Positions 14,600 through 26,929 of a stretch of DNA of 64,000 nucleotides are shown piece after piece. The notes beneath the pieces were generated by a model. It worked only from the letters and a program-made list of their open reading frames with translations, had not been told where the DNA came from and searched no databases. Source of the stretch: an uncultured Pelagibacteraceae bacterium (lineage in GTDB: Bacteria; Pseudomonadota; Alphaproteobacteria; Pelagibacterales; Pelagibacteraceae); assembly GCA_902565935.1 (NCBI GenBank), contig CACFGT010000004.1, positions 1,787 to 65,786 on the forward strand. Reading direction: 5' to 3'. The position numbers and the translations under genes are program-made. How positions within the stretch are numbered: the first letter of the stretch is position 1; every line of letters begins with the position of its first letter.

Positions 14600-15475
14600 T
14601 CAATTAGACAATTTATCAAAAAGGGTTTTTCCAATTTTTGAAGGTGAGTTAGCAATAGTAATACCACAATCTTCCATCTTTTTAATCTTATCTTGAGCAG
14701 TACCTTTTCCCCCAGAAATTATCGCTCCAGCATGACCCATTCTTCTTCCTGGTGGTGCTGTTACACCTGCTATAAATCCAACTATTGGTTTTTTGATTTT
14801 ATGATTATTAATAAATTCTGCAGCCTCTTCCTCGGCAGTGCCTCCAATTTCACCTATCATTAAAATTGATTTTGTTTCCTCATCATTTAAAAATAATTCT
14901 AAGCAATCTATAAAGTTAGTACCATTTATTGGATCACCACCAATTCCAATACAAGTTGATTGCCCTAATCCGTTTTCAGTTGTTTGGGCTACCGCTTCGT
15001 AAGTAAGAGTACCTGATCTAGAAACAATTCCTACACTTCCTTTTTTATGGATGTTACCTGGCATAATTCCAATTTTACACTCATCAGGAGTAATTATTCC
15101 AGGACAGTTAGGACCTATTAATCTACATTTTGAGGTAGATAAACGTTGTTTAACTTTAAGCATATCCTGAATAGGAATACCTTCAGTAATACAAACAATT
15201 AACTCTATTGATGCATCTATTGCTTCAATAATTGCAGCTGCTGCAAATCTTGCAGGCACATAAATCATAGTTGCATTGGCACCCTCAGATTTTTTTGCTT
15301 CACTCACAGTATTAAAAACTGGTAATCCTAAATGCTTTTGACCACCTTTTTTTGGTGTAACTCCACCAACTAATTTTGTTCCATATTTAATTGCCTGCTC
15401 AGAATGAAATGTTCCATGTGACCCAGTAAAACCCTGGCAAATCAATCTAGTGTCTTTATTTACTAATACAGACAT
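14600..15475 (-). CDS. sucD: succinyl-CoA synthetase alpha subunit
   Basis: SRSGTLTYE and the phosphohistidine loop [11 protein letters not shown]. 291 aa. Confidence 0.95.
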   Translation of the reverse strand: MSVLVNKDTRLICQGFTGSHGTFHSEQAIKYGTKLVGGVTPKKGGQKHLGLPVFNTVSEAKKSEGANATMIYVPARFAAAAIIEAIDASIELIVCITEGIPIQDMLKVKQRLSTSKCRLIGPNCPGIITPDECKIGIMPGNIHKKGSVGIVSRSGTLTYEAVAQTTENGLGQSTCIGIGGDPINGTNFIDCLELFLNDEETKSILMIGEIGGTAEEEAAEFINNHKIKKPIVGFIAGVTAPPGRRMGHAGAIISGGKGTAQDKIKKMEDCGITIANSPSKIGKTLFDKLSN

Positions 15476-16635
15476 TTAATTTATAGCCTCAACAATTTTT
15501 TTTGCAGCATCATCAAGATTTTCAGCAGAAATTAATTTTAAACCTGAGTTGTCTAATATTTCTTTTCCCTCTTTGAAGTTGGTGCCAGCCAATCTTACTA
15601 CAAGTGGAACATTAATATTTATCTCTTTTGCAGCATCAACTACACCCTGTGCCAGGACATCACATCGCATGATACCACCAAAAATATTGATCAATATCCC
15701 CTTAACGTTTTTATCAGATAATATTATTTTGAAAGCAGCTGATACTTTTTCTTTTGAAGCTCCTCCACCTACATCTAAAAAATTTGCTGGTTCTTCACCG
15801 TATAATTTTATTATGTCCATTGTTGCCATAGCTAAACCAGCACCATTAACCATGCATCCAATACTTCCATCTAATTTAATGTAAGCAAGATCGTGTTTGC
15901 TAGCCTCAATTTCTGCAGGATCTTCCTCATTTAAATCTCTGAGTTCTAAAATTTCAGGATGTCTAAATAAAGCGTTACTATCAAAATTTACTTTTGCATC
16001 TAAACAAATGATCTTTTTTTCTTTTGTCAATATTAATGGATTTATCTCAACCATATTTGCATCAGTTTTAATAAACATTTTATAAATTGATTTTATTAAA
16101 GAAATCGCTTCATCTTTAGCGCTGCCTTCTAGATTGAATATCTTTATAATTTTTTCACATTCCTCAACTGAAATTTCATCGAATAATTTAACTTTAGTTG
16201 TTATAATTTTATTTGGGGACTCTGTTGCTATTTTTTCAATATCCATTCCTCCTTGATCACTAGAAATAAATGCAATTTTTGATGAAGCTCTATCTACTAA
16301 ACAAGATAAATAAAATTCTTTTTCAATATTCGATGAAACCTCAACATAAAGTCTTTTTACTTCTCTTCCGGCTGGACCAGTTTGATGGGTAACCAATTTC
16401 TTTCCCAGTAATTCTTTCGCTGATTTTTCAAGTTCATCCAAACTATCTAAAATCTTTACACCGCCAGCTTTTCCTCTACCGCCAGCATGAATTTGTGCCT
16501 TTAAAACATACTTATTTGTTTTTAATGACTTACATTTTTCAATGAGATCCTTAACTGTAAGGCCAAATACACCTTCTGGCACCACTACACCAAATTGTTT
16601 TAAAATTTGTTTAGCTTGATGCTCGTGAATATTCA

Positions 16636-16636
<1 letters not shown>
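15476..16636 (-). CDS. sucC: succinyl-CoA synthetase beta subunit
   Basis: N-terminus MNIHEHQAKQILKQFGV and an ATP-grasp fold sequence. 386 aa, abutting sucD. Confidence 0.95.
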
Positions 16637-17607
<971 letters not shown>

Positions 17608-19101
17608 TTATTTCATTGTAGGCATCACAAATTCTGCATTTGATCGAATCCCTGATGGCCATCTTGAAGTTATAGTTTTTAATTTAGTGTAAAATTTAAT
17701 ACCTTCCATACCATGCATCGCGCTGTCTCCAAATAAAGATCGCTTCCACCCTCCAAAACTATGGAAGGCCATAGGAACGGGTATTGGAACATTTATACCA
17801 ACCATTCCAACTTGAATTTTGCTAGCAAATGTTCTTCCAGCGTCACCATCTCTGGTGTAAATACTCACACCATTTCCATATTCATGATCATTTATTAATT
17901 TTGTAGCTTCTTCAAAAGTTTCTACTCTAATAACAGATAAAACTGGACCAAATATTTCCTCTTTATAAATTCTCATTTCTTTTTTTACATTATCAAATAA
18001 ACACCCTCCAATATAAAAACCATTTTCATATCCTTGTAATTTTAAATTTCTTCCATCAACAACTAATTTTGCACCTTCTTTTACTCCTAAATCAACATAG
18101 CTTTTTACTTTTTCTAAATGTTCTTTAGTTACTAAGGGTCCCATTTCAGAATTTTTATCCATTCCAGGTCCAACTTTTAAAGCTTCTGCCTTTTTTGACA
18201 ATCTTGAAACTAACTCATCTCCAATATTTCCAACAGCTACTGCAACAGATTGTGCCATACATCTTTCACCAGCCGACCCATATGCGGCACCCATCAAGCC
18301 ATTTACAGCACCATCTAAATCACAGTCAGGCATAACAACTAAGTGATTTTTCGCTCCACCTAAAGCTTGAACTCTTTTTTCATTTTTAGCTGAATTTTCA
18401 TAGATATATTTTGCTATTGGAGTTGAACCAACAAAACTGACAGCTTTAATGTCTTTATTGGTCAAAATTGCATCTACAGCCTCTTTGTCTCCGTTAACAA
18501 CGTTAAAAACACCATCGGGTAAACCCGCCTCTTTAAATAGTTCTGCTAATCTTATTGAACATGATGGATCTTTTTCTGAAGGTTTTAATATAAAAGTATT
18601 TCCACAGGCAATAGCAATAGGAAACATCCACATTGGTACCATTGCTGGAAAATTAAATGGGGTTATTCCAGCTACAACTCCCAAAGGTTGTCTCATTGAC
18701 CAACTGTCTACATTAGTACCAACATTTTCGGAAAACTCTCCTTTAAGTAAATGTGGAATTCCACATGCAAATTCAACAACCTCTAAACCTCTTGTTAAAG
18801 ATCCTTTAGCATCTTCATAAACTTTACCGTGTTCTTCCACAATTAATTGAGTGAGTTCATCTGAGTTTTTTTCAATTAATTCTTTAAATTTAAACATTAT
18901 TCTTGCTCTTTGAAGAGAAGGTTTTAATGACCATTCGTTAAAAGCTTTTTTTGCAATTTTAACTGATTGGTCTAAGTCAGCTTTAGAAGCTAATCTTACT
19001 ACTTTTTCTTGATCTCCAGTTGCAGGATTAAATACTTTGCCTTTTTTATCAGATGTGCCTGGAATTATTTTTCCACCTACAAAATGTTCTATTAATTTCA
19101 T
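17608..19101 (-). CDS. mmsA: CoA-acylating methylmalonate/malonate-semialdehyde dehydrogenase
   Basis: 497-aa aldehyde dehydrogenase. The catalytic-Cys context GERCMA and overall sequence are typical of the MmsA subfamily. Confidence 0.8.
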   Translation of the reverse strand: MKLIEHFVGGKIIPGTSDKKGKVFNPATGDQEKVVRLASKADLDQSVKIAKKAFNEWSLKPSLQRARIMFKFKELIEKNSDELTQLIVEEHGKVYEDAKGSLTRGLEVVEFACGIPHLLKGEFSENVGTNVDSWSMRQPLGVVAGITPFNFPAMVPMWMFPIAIACGNTFILKPSEKDPSCSIRLAELFKEAGLPDGVFNVVNGDKEAVDAILTNKDIKAVSFVGSTPIAKYIYENSAKNEKRVQALGGAKNHLVVMPDCDLDGAVNGLMGAAYGSAGERCMAQSVAVAVGNIGDELVSRLSKKAEALKVGPGMDKNSEMGPLVTKEHLEKVKSYVDLGVKEGAKLVVDGRNLKLQGYENGFYIGGCLFDNVKKEMRIYKEEIFGPVLSVIRVETFEEATKLINDHEYGNGVSIYTRDGDAGRTFASKIQVGMVGINVPIPVPMAFHSFGGWKRSLFGDSAMHGMEGIKFYTKLKTITSRWPSGIRSNAEFVMPTMK

Positions 19102-19143
19102 GAATAGGATCTTTTAGAGTAAAAATTCTTATTAGTCTATCGT

Positions 19144-19926
19144 TTAAATATTAGCGGTTGCTAACATCTTTTTTATTTCAGCTATAGCTTTTGCTGGATT
19201 TAATCCTTTAGGACACGCACTCGTACAGTTCATAATTGTATGACATCTATATAACTTAAGTTCGTCTGCAACTTTTTTTAATCGCGCCTGCCTCTCTTCA
19301 TCTCTACTATCTACAATCCATCTATATGCTTGTAAAAGTACGGCAGGGCCTAAATATTTATCACCATTCCACCAGTAACTTGGACAAGACGTTGAACAAC
19401 ATGCACACATAATACACTCATAAGCACCATCTAATTTTGCTCTATCTTCTTTTGATTGAAATATTTCTTTTGTCTCTGATTTAGAGTTTGATTTTAACCA
19501 AGGTTCAATTGATTGATATTGTTTATACAATCCATCAAGATCTCCAATCAAATCTTTTTTGACTTTCAAATGAGGTAAAGGATAAATATCAATATCACCA
19601 TTTATTTCTGCGTGTGCTGTAGTACATGCTAAACCATTTTTTCCTGCCATATTCATTGCGCAAGAACCACAAACTCCATGAGCGCAAGATCTTCTGTAAG
19701 CTAAGGTTGGATCTATTTCATTTTTAATTTTATTTAAAATATCTAATACTTTTGAGGGACAATTGTCCATGTCAACTTCGTATGTATCTATCCTTGGTTT
19801 ATCCCCTGAAGAAGGGTCCCATCTGTAAATGTTTACTTTTCTTAAATTTTTAGATCCAGTTTTGTCTTTGAAATACTTACCTTTTTTAATCTCAGAATTT
19901 TCAGGTAAACTTATTTGAACCATCAA
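19144..19926 (-). CDS. sdhB: succinate dehydrogenase iron-sulfur subunit
   Basis: Three Cys clusters ([11 protein letters not shown]; [12 protein letters not shown]; [14 protein letters not shown]). Confidence 0.95.
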   Translation of the reverse strand: MMVQISLPENSEIKKGKYFKDKTGSKNLRKVNIYRWDPSSGDKPRIDTYEVDMDNCPSKVLDILNKIKNEIDPTLAYRRSCAHGVCGSCAMNMAGKNGLACTTAHAEINGDIDIYPLPHLKVKKDLIGDLDGLYKQYQSIEPWLKSNSKSETKEIFQSKEDRAKLDGAYECIMCACCSTSCPSYWWNGDKYLGPAVLLQAYRWIVDSRDEERQARLKKVADELKLYRCHTIMNCTSACPKGLNPAKAIAEIKKMLATANI

Positions 19927-21698
19927 TAAACTCTTTCTTGGGGTGGAAAGTATTGAACATCGTTTGTTAATGTAGATTTATGAACCTCTCTATAACCTAT
20001 CTTTGTTTCTTTTCCTTTACACCAAGCAAGTGTATGTTGCATAAATTTCTCATCATCCCTTTTTGGATAATCCTCTCTTGCATGAGCACCTCTACTTTCT
20101 TTTCTGTTATAAGCAGAATTGACTGTAACAACTGCTTGTCTAATCAGATTATCAAATTCTAAAGTCTCAACTAAATCAGTATTAAAAATTAGCGATTTAT
20201 CTTTGACAGATATAGATTGTAACCCATCATAAGTTTTTCCTATTTCATTGACACCTTCTTTAAGAGTTTTTTCTGTTCTAAAAACTGCACACTTTGACTG
20301 CATAGTTTTCTGCATAGATAGTCTTAATTCAGCTGTTCCAATTTCACCTTTTGCATTTCTAATCTTATCAAAACGATCTAAACATTTCTGTGTTTCAGAC
20401 TCGCTAATCTCCTCATGTGGAGTCCCAGGTTTAATTAATTCAGCTGCTCTTTTTGCTGCAGCTCTTCCAAAAACTACCAAATCTATTAATGAGTTTGAAC
20501 CAAGTCTATTGGCACCATGGACTGAAACACAAGCCGCTTCACCTATAGCCATCAAACCTGGTACAGTTTTTTCAGAGCCATTGACTGTTAAAACTTCTGC
20601 TTTGTAATTTGTTGGGATACCACCCATGTTATAATGAACAGTCGGTACAACAGGAATCGGTTCTTTTGTAACATCTACATTAGCAAATAACCTAGCAGCT
20701 TCTGTTATACCTGGAAGTCTACTTTCAATAATATCTTTATCTAAATGATTTAAATTTAAATGAACATGATCATGTTCTTTTCCAACACCTCTACCTTCAT
20801 TAATTTCAATAGACATTGATCTACTTACTACATCTCTTGAAGCCAGATCTTTTGCTTTAGGTGCATATCTTTCCATAAATCTTTCACCTTTAGAGTTTGT
20901 AAGATACCCACCTTCACCTCTTGCTCCTTCTGTTATCAGAGTACCATGGCCATAAATTCCAGTGGGATGAAATTGAACAAATTCCATGTCTTGAAGTGGT
21001 AAACCTGCTCTTAAAACCATCGCATTTCCATCACCAGTACAAGTATGTGCAGATGTAGCGGAATAATACACTTTACCGTAACCACCCGTAGCTATAATTA
21101 CAGTGTGTGCTCTAAATCTATGAATAGTTCCATCATTTAAGTTCCATGCAATTAATCCTTTGCACTCTCCGTCTTTCATCAATAGATCTAAAGCAAAGTA
21201 TTCAATAAAAAATTCTGTTTTATGTTTTAAAGCCTGTCCATATAAAGTATGTAAAATTGCATGACCTGTTCTATCGGCAGCTGCACAAGTTCTTTGCACA
21301 ATCCCATTTCCATAATTTTTGGTCATACCACCAAATGGTCTTTGATAAATTTTTCCATCTTCAGTTCTGCTAAAAGGTACTCCATATTTTTCTAATTCAA
21401 TAACTGCCTTAGGTGCTTCCTTACAAAGATATTCGATGCTATCCTGGTCACCTAACCAATCTGCTCCTTTAACTGTATCATACATATGCCAACGCCAGTC
21501 ATCCTCACCCATATTTCCAAGTGCAGCTGAAATACCACCTTGTGCAGCCGATGTGTGACTTCTTGTTGGGAAAACTTTTGAAATACAAGCAGTCTTAAGT
21601 CCAGCCTCACTTAAACCAACTGCTGCTCTCAAGCCAGAACCTCCGGCTCCTAAAACGACTACATCATATTCATGATCTATAATTTTGTAAGTACTCAT
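19923..21698 (-). CDS. sdhA: succinate dehydrogenase flavoprotein subunit
   Basis: [13 protein letters not shown] fold and the covalent-FAD His context [11 protein letters not shown]. 591 aa. Confidence 0.96.
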   Translation of the reverse strand: MSTYKIIDHEYDVVVLGAGGSGLRAAVGLSEAGLKTACISKVFPTRSHTSAAQGGISAALGNMGEDDWRWHMYDTVKGADWLGDQDSIEYLCKEAPKAVIELEKYGVPFSRTEDGKIYQRPFGGMTKNYGNGIVQRTCAAADRTGHAILHTLYGQALKHKTEFFIEYFALDLLMKDGECKGLIAWNLNDGTIHRFRAHTVIIATGGYGKVYYSATSAHTCTGDGNAMVLRAGLPLQDMEFVQFHPTGIYGHGTLITEGARGEGGYLTNSKGERFMERYAPKAKDLASRDVVSRSMSIEINEGRGVGKEHDHVHLNLNHLDKDIIESRLPGITEAARLFANVDVTKEPIPVVPTVHYNMGGIPTNYKAEVLTVNGSEKTVPGLMAIGEAACVSVHGANRLGSNSLIDLVVFGRAAAKRAAELIKPGTPHEEISESETQKCLDRFDKIRNAKGEIGTAELRLSMQKTMQSKCAVFRTEKTLKEGVNEIGKTYDGLQSISVKDKSLIFNTDLVETLEFDNLIRQAVVTVNSAYNRKESRGAHAREDYPKRDDEKFMQHTLAWCKGKETKIGYREVHKSTLTNDVQYFPPQERVY

Positions 21699-22039
21699 AT
21701 GATAGATATTAATATAATTGTAATTAATGGAATTACCACTGCTGAAGCATATAAAAGTCTGTTTGCGACATTTTTGATTTTATCATTTTTAACATAATCC
21801 TCAAAAACCTCACTAATACTCAAAGCTGAGAAGAAATACGCATTGATAATGAATATGCTAAATAAAAACTTCGATATTGGATTTGTAAAAAAATTTATGA
21901 CATTTGAATAATTTTGATCATAAACTGATATAAAATTTATTATAAACCAGATCATCAAGGGCACCGATATTGCTCCACTTACTTTTAAAAAAATCCATTT
22001 TTTTGTCGCGTTAATCATTCTAAATAAAATTTTTTCCAA
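21695..22039 (-). CDS. sdhD: succinate dehydrogenase membrane anchor subunit
   Basis: Small three-helix hydrophobic protein between sdhC and sdhA. The true start may be the internal Met (MINATKK, nt 22018). Confidence 0.7.
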   Translation of the reverse strand: MEKILFRMINATKKWIFLKVSGAISVPLMIWFIINFISVYDQNYSNVINFFTNPISKFLFSIFIINAYFFSALSISEVFEDYVKNDKIKNVANRLLYASAVVIPLITIILISII

Positions 22040-22403
22040 TTAAATAAAATACAATAGTCAAAATTATTGAACCAAATATTACAATTAATCCTGTAATTCT
22101 ACTTGTCTTTAATTCAAATCCGTATCCAAAATCCATTATAAAATGTCTAATCTCACTTAAAATTTGAAAAGAGAAAGACCAAATAATACCTAAAATTATA
22201 AACTTTCCTATTAATGAACTCATTAATAATTCTACAGTTTCATAATTTTCTTCAGCTAAAAAAAGTAATGAGGCCCACAAGCAAATTAGTGTAATTGCAA
22301 TAATATTTATTATGCCTGTAATTCTATGAGAAATAGAAACTAAGGATGAAATATGCCATTTATAAATTTGGATATGAGGAGATAAAGGTCTTTTATTTTC
22401 CAT
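22020..22403 (-). CDS. sdhC: succinate dehydrogenase cytochrome b556 subunit
   Basis: N-terminus RPLSPHIQIYKW and the SISHRITG heme-His context. 127 aa, first gene of sdhCDAB. Confidence 0.8.
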   Translation of the reverse strand: MENKRPLSPHIQIYKWHISSLVSISHRITGIINIIAITLICLWASLLFLAEENYETVELLMSSLIGKFIILGIIWSFSFQILSEIRHFIMDFGYGFELKTSRITGLIVIFGSIILTIVFYLIGKNFI

Positions 22404-23400
22404 AAAAATTATTTTTAAATAATGTTTCAGCTATTTCAACTGCATTCAAAGCTGCACCTCTTAAAAGATTATCTGAAACAATCCACAAATTTAATCCATT
22501 TTCAATTGTTTTATCTTCTCTTATTCTTGATATAAATGTTTCGTTTTTGCCTTCAGCTTCTAATGGAGTAATATATCCACCATCGCTTCTATCATCAATT
22601 ACTTTGCAACCCTTGAAGTTATTTAAAGCTTCAATAATATCTTTAATAATAAATTTTTTTTCAAATTGGATATTTACTGACTCTGCATGTGAAATAGAAA
22701 TAGGTAATCTTACACATGTTGCTGTTAAATCAATCTTATTATCAAGTATTTTTTTTGTTTCGTTGGTCATTTTTAATTCTTCTTTTGTGTAACCGTCATC
22801 TGAAAATGCATCAATGTGTGGAATAGCATTAAACGCTATTTGTTTTGTAAAGTTTTTCGATTTTACATCTTGACCTGCTAATACTTGTTTTGTTTGCTCA
22901 ATTAACTCATCCATCGGTGCTTTTCCAGCTCCAGAAACCGATTGATAAGTTGAAACAACTATTCTTTTAATAGTAAATAAATCGTGTAAAGGTTTTAAAG
23001 CTAAAACCAATTGAGCCGTAGAACAGTTAGGATTAGCAATAATATTCTTTTTTATATTTTTAAGATCATTTGAATTAACTTGTGGCACTACAAGAGGTAC
23101 TGTTGAGTCCATCCTATAAAAGCTAGAATTATCAATCACAATACAATACTTTGCAGCTTGTCCAGCATATTTTTCTGAGATTTTTCCTCCTGCTGCAAAA
23201 AAAGCAATTTTTACTTTCGAAAAATCAAAAGTTTCCAAATCTGAAACATTATAATCCTTTCCTTTAAAAGAAATTTTCTTTCCAGTGCTTCTGGATGAAG
23301 CTAGTAAATAAAGATTTTCAATAGGAAGTCCTTTTTTTTCAAGGACCTCTAAAGTTTTTCTACCAACATTTCCTGTTGCTCCTACAATTGCAATATTCAT
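22393..23400 (-). CDS. asd: aspartate-semialdehyde dehydrogenase
   Basis: GATGNVG NAD(P) fold, active-site NPNCSTAQ, 335 aa. Confidence 0.9.
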   Translation of the reverse strand: MNIAIVGATGNVGRKTLEVLEKKGLPIENLYLLASSRSTGKKISFKGKDYNVSDLETFDFSKVKIAFFAAGGKISEKYAGQAAKYCIVIDNSSFYRMDSTVPLVVPQVNSNDLKNIKKNIIANPNCSTAQLVLALKPLHDLFTIKRIVVSTYQSVSGAGKAPMDELIEQTKQVLAGQDVKSKNFTKQIAFNAIPHIDAFSDDGYTKEELKMTNETKKILDNKIDLTATCVRLPISISHAESVNIQFEKKFIIKDIIEALNNFKGCKVIDDRSDGGYITPLEAEGKNETFISRIREDKTIENGLNLWIVSDNLLRGAALNAVEIAETLFKNNFYGK

Positions 23401-23415
23401 GATTTAGCTTTTATA

Positions 23416-24525
23416 CTAGATGAAAGGTAAATCGCAAACTTTAAGGCTTAAAGAATTACCGTCTATTTCTATTATCCCCGATTCAGAAGCTTTACAATAT
23501 GGCTGATTAATCATAGCTATTCCAATAACTTTTTTGAAATGAGGTGAATAACACGCAGATCTAAGCTCTCCAATAAAATTATTATTATTATCTTTAATAT
23601 TTAGAGACGTAGTTAAGTTTATTTTATCTGTTTCAATGAGCACGCCCATCAATTTTCTCTTAATTCCTTCTTTTTCAATCTTTTTTAATTTATCTTTACC
23701 TAAAAAATTAATATTCGTATCCAAATTTACGTATTTTCCAAAACCACATTCAAATGGATTGTCATTATTATCAAAATCGTTTCCATAAGAAAGTAAACCA
23801 CTTTCAATTCTTTCAATAAGATTTGGACATCCAGGTTTTACATTAAATTCTTTTCCTAATTCAAAAAGTTGATCATATAATTCTAAACCTGATTGAGTAT
23901 TTTCTACATAAATCTCAAAGCCTCCTTGCTTTGACCAACCTGATCTAGCAATTAGATGTTTTACTCCATTAAATTCAAAATAATCAAATCCAAAAAATTT
24001 TAAATCTTTAATTTTTTTATCAAAAATTTTTTCCATCAAATCGAATGATTTTGGTCCCTGGACAGCAAAAATATCTACATTAGGTTCATAAATTTTCACA
24101 TCAAATTTATTTCCCGAGGCTAAACCTTTTGCAAAAAAAATTACGTCTGAATCGGCAATTGAAACCCACCATCTATCTTCAGCTAATTTTAATATGACGG
24201 GATCATTTACCAAATTTCCATTTTCATCAATTATAGGACAATAGTAACATCTGCCCACTTTAGATTTTGACAAGTCTCTACAAGTCATAAGCTGAATTAA
24301 TTTAGCGGAATCTTTTCCAGAAATTTCGACTTGTCTTTCAGCCGCTACATCCCAGACTTGAACATTTTTTTTTAAATGATCGCAAGATTCTTCTAGCGAT
24401 CCAAATGCTGCTGGTAAAAGCATATGATTATAAACAGTGTATGCAGTCACACCTTGATTTTCAATTCTTGAGGTGTAAGGAGTACTTCTCAATCTTCTTG
24501 ACCTTGCTATAGGATAATTTTTCAT
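23416..24525 (-). CDS. dmdA: DMSP demethylase (GcvT-fold aminomethyltransferase family)
   Basis: 369-aa GcvT-family protein. The sequence ([34 protein letters not shown]...[12 protein letters not shown]...[30 protein letters not shown]...CDLPFI) matches my recollection of Ca. Pelagibacter DmdA closely. Context is hydrolase, then dmdB-like, then dmdC-like. Confidence 0.8.
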   Translation of the reverse strand: MKNYPIARSRRLRSTPYTSRIENQGVTAYTVYNHMLLPAAFGSLEESCDHLKKNVQVWDVAAERQVEISGKDSAKLIQLMTCRDLSKSKVGRCYYCPIIDENGNLVNDPVILKLAEDRWWVSIADSDVIFFAKGLASGNKFDVKIYEPNVDIFAVQGPKSFDLMEKIFDKKIKDLKFFGFDYFEFNGVKHLIARSGWSKQGGFEIYVENTQSGLELYDQLFELGKEFNVKPGCPNLIERIESGLLSYGNDFDNNDNPFECGFGKYVNLDTNINFLGKDKLKKIEKEGIKRKLMGVLIETDKINLTTSLNIKDNNNNFIGELRSACYSPHFKKVIGIAMINQPYCKASESGIIEIDGNSLSLKVCDLPFI

Positions 24526-25298
24526 TTATTTAAAAATTCTAAAATCTTTTCTCTCATTTCGAATGCTTTTTCAATCATTATCATATGACCACATCCTTTG
24601 ATTATATGAGTATTTGAATTTTTAATTAAATCAGAGAATTTTTTTCCAGACTCTAAGTTTACCATTTTATCAAGTTCACCAAAAATTAGCATTGAAGGGA
24701 CCTCTATTTTTTTTGCTGCATTAAGCCCATTTGAGTAATTATTGCATGCATTCAAATCTACGGCCAGTATTTCGCTTATGTCTCTTGGTGATTGAATGAT
24801 TTTTTCAACAGGATTACCTCCAATAAATTTTTTTGAACCCTCATATCCCCATTTCATCATTAATTTCACTGCATCTGAATCACCATTTTGTGCAAGTTCT
24901 ATTAAGTCAGGATGAACAGGCATTTTATTTGATCCGCCAACAAAAACTAATTTTTTTAATCTACTTTTGTATTTGTATGTGTATTCAAGTATTTCTAAGC
25001 AACCTTGTGAATGACCAATTAAAATTAAATTCTTGAGGTTTAATTTGATAAACACTTGTTCTAACCATTCTGAAATTTTTTCAATGCTATTCAAGCAAGG
25101 TCCATCAGAGTTTCCGTGTCCAGGTAAATCAATTGAAAGGACGTTAAAATTTTTATTTGAAAAAAATTGCTCAGTTAAGGACCAAACAATATGTGAAAGA
25201 CCACTTCCATGCAAAAAAACAATTGTTTCTCTATTTACATCTAGACCCTGACCTGCATCAGATGCATGAACATTTTTATTGTCTAATTGGAATATCAA
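24522..25298 (-). CDS. alpha/beta-fold hydrolase of unknown substrate, embedded in the dmd cluster
   Basis: HGSG oxyanion region, nucleophile elbow GHSQG, C-terminal GCGHMIM His. 258 aa, 4-nt overlap with dmdA. Confidence 0.75.
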   Translation of the reverse strand: MIFQLDNKNVHASDAGQGLDVNRETIVFLHGSGLSHIVWSLTEQFFSNKNFNVLSIDLPGHGNSDGPCLNSIEKISEWLEQVFIKLNLKNLILIGHSQGCLEILEYTYKYKSRLKKLVFVGGSNKMPVHPDLIELAQNGDSDAVKLMMKWGYEGSKKFIGGNPVEKIIQSPRDISEILAVDLNACNNYSNGLNAAKKIEVPSMLIFGELDKMVNLESGKKFSDLIKNSNTHIIKGCGHMIMIEKAFEMREKILEFLNK

Positions 25299-25306
25299 TT
25301 ATTTAC

Positions 25307-26923
25307 CTAAAATTTTTTTCTTAATTCAAATTTTTGAATTTTTCCCGTTGAAGTTTTTGGAAGCTCACAGAAAACGACTTGTTTTGGCACTTTAAATCCT
25401 GCAAGAGTTTCTTTACAAAAACTTATTAATTCTTTTTCTGTGACAGGTTTATCTTTAACCATCTCAATAAATGCGCATGGAACTTCACCCCATTTTTCAT
25501 CAGGTTTAGCAACGACAGCTGCAATGGAAACTGAAGGATGTTTTGCTAAAGTATTCTCAATTTCTATGGAAGATATATTTTCTCCACCAGAAATAATTAT
25601 ATCTTTAGATCGATCTTGAATTTTTACGTATCCATCAGGATGCATGACAGCCAAATCACCAGAGTGAAACCATCCACCATCCATAGCTTTATTCGTCGCC
25701 TCTTTATCCTTAAAATAACCTTTCATAACTACATTGCCTTTAATCATAATTTCACCAATTGTTTTCCCATCTTTTGGTACTTCTTTCATGGTTTCTGGAT
25801 TCATGACTGTGATACCCTCGGTATTAGGATATCTTACACCTTGTCTTGCTTTAATCTCATTTTGTTTTTCTTCATCAAATTCATTCCAAGCATCATTCCA
25901 AGCGCATTGTGTTACATGCCCATAAGTTTCTGTTAATCCATAAACATGCATTACTTCAAATCCAAGTTCTTTCATTTTTTTGAAGATAATACTTGGTGGA
26001 GGGGCTCCTGCTGTAAGAACGTAAACTTTTTGTTTTAATTTTTTTCTATCTGAGTCAGGTGCACCTGTAATCATATTTAACACTATTGGTGCTCCACCAA
26101 AATGAGTTACGTTATGTTTGTCAATTAAATCAAATATTTTTTTTACATCAATATTTCTTAAACAAATAGTTTTTCCATTCAACATTGGAACAGTCCAGGG
26201 ATAACCCCAGCCATTACAATGAAACATTGGTACAATAGTTAAAAAATTTAGTCTATTAGGCATATTCCATGCAACGGCACTTCCTGTAGACATCAAATAT
26301 GAGCCCCTATGATGATAGACGACACCCTTAGGGTTGCCCGTCGTGCCAGATGTATAGCTTAGTGATATTGCTTGCCATTCATCTTGTGGCATTTCCCACT
26401 TATAATTTTCATCACCTGAATTTAGAAAACTTTCATACTCCAATTCACCAATTTTCTCACATTTCGATTGATCAGCAAATTTATCATCAATATCAATGAT
26501 AACTATTTTTCTTTTTAAAGTGCTCAGTGCTTTCTTTACTTCAATATGAAGTTGTCTATCTACAACTAATACTTTTGCCTCACTGTGATCTAAAATGTAT
26601 GCAATAGTTTTAGCATCCAATCTTGTATTAATTGTATTTAATACTGCACCAGTCATAGGCACTGAATAATGACCCTCAAAAATTTCAGGAGTATTAAAAG
26701 CTAAAAAAGAGACAGTGTCGCCTTTTTTAATACCTAATTTGTTTAATGCACTCGCAAATTTAACAGTTCGTTTATAGACCTGATCCCATGTATATTTTCG
26801 GTCTTCATAAATAATTGCTTCATAATTTGGATAAATTTCTTTTGCTCTTTTTAAAAAAGTTAAAGGAGTTAATGGTACATAATTGGCACTATTTTTATCC
26901 AGATTGGTATCGTAATGGCTCAT
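25307..26923 (-). CDS. dmdB: acyl-CoA synthetase (AMP-forming), likely 3-methylmercaptopropionate-CoA ligase
   Basis: AMP-binding motif SYTSGTTGNPKG and the C-terminal GKIQKFELR. 538 aa. Its position between dmdA and an acyl-CoA dehydrogenase is as I recall it reported for SAR11. Confidence 0.7.
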   Translation of the reverse strand: MSHYDTNLDKNSANYVPLTPLTFLKRAKEIYPNYEAIIYEDRKYTWDQVYKRTVKFASALNKLGIKKGDTVSFLAFNTPEIFEGHYSVPMTGAVLNTINTRLDAKTIAYILDHSEAKVLVVDRQLHIEVKKALSTLKRKIVIIDIDDKFADQSKCEKIGELEYESFLNSGDENYKWEMPQDEWQAISLSYTSGTTGNPKGVVYHHRGSYLMSTGSAVAWNMPNRLNFLTIVPMFHCNGWGYPWTVPMLNGKTICLRNIDVKKIFDLIDKHNVTHFGGAPIVLNMITGAPDSDRKKLKQKVYVLTAGAPPPSIIFKKMKELGFEVMHVYGLTETYGHVTQCAWNDAWNEFDEEKQNEIKARQGVRYPNTEGITVMNPETMKEVPKDGKTIGEIMIKGNVVMKGYFKDKEATNKAMDGGWFHSGDLAVMHPDGYVKIQDRSKDIIISGGENISSIEIENTLAKHPSVSIAAVVAKPDEKWGEVPCAFIEMVKDKPVTEKELISFCKETLAGFKVPKQVVFCELPKTSTGKIQKFELRKKF

Positions 26924-26929
26924 TTTTAT

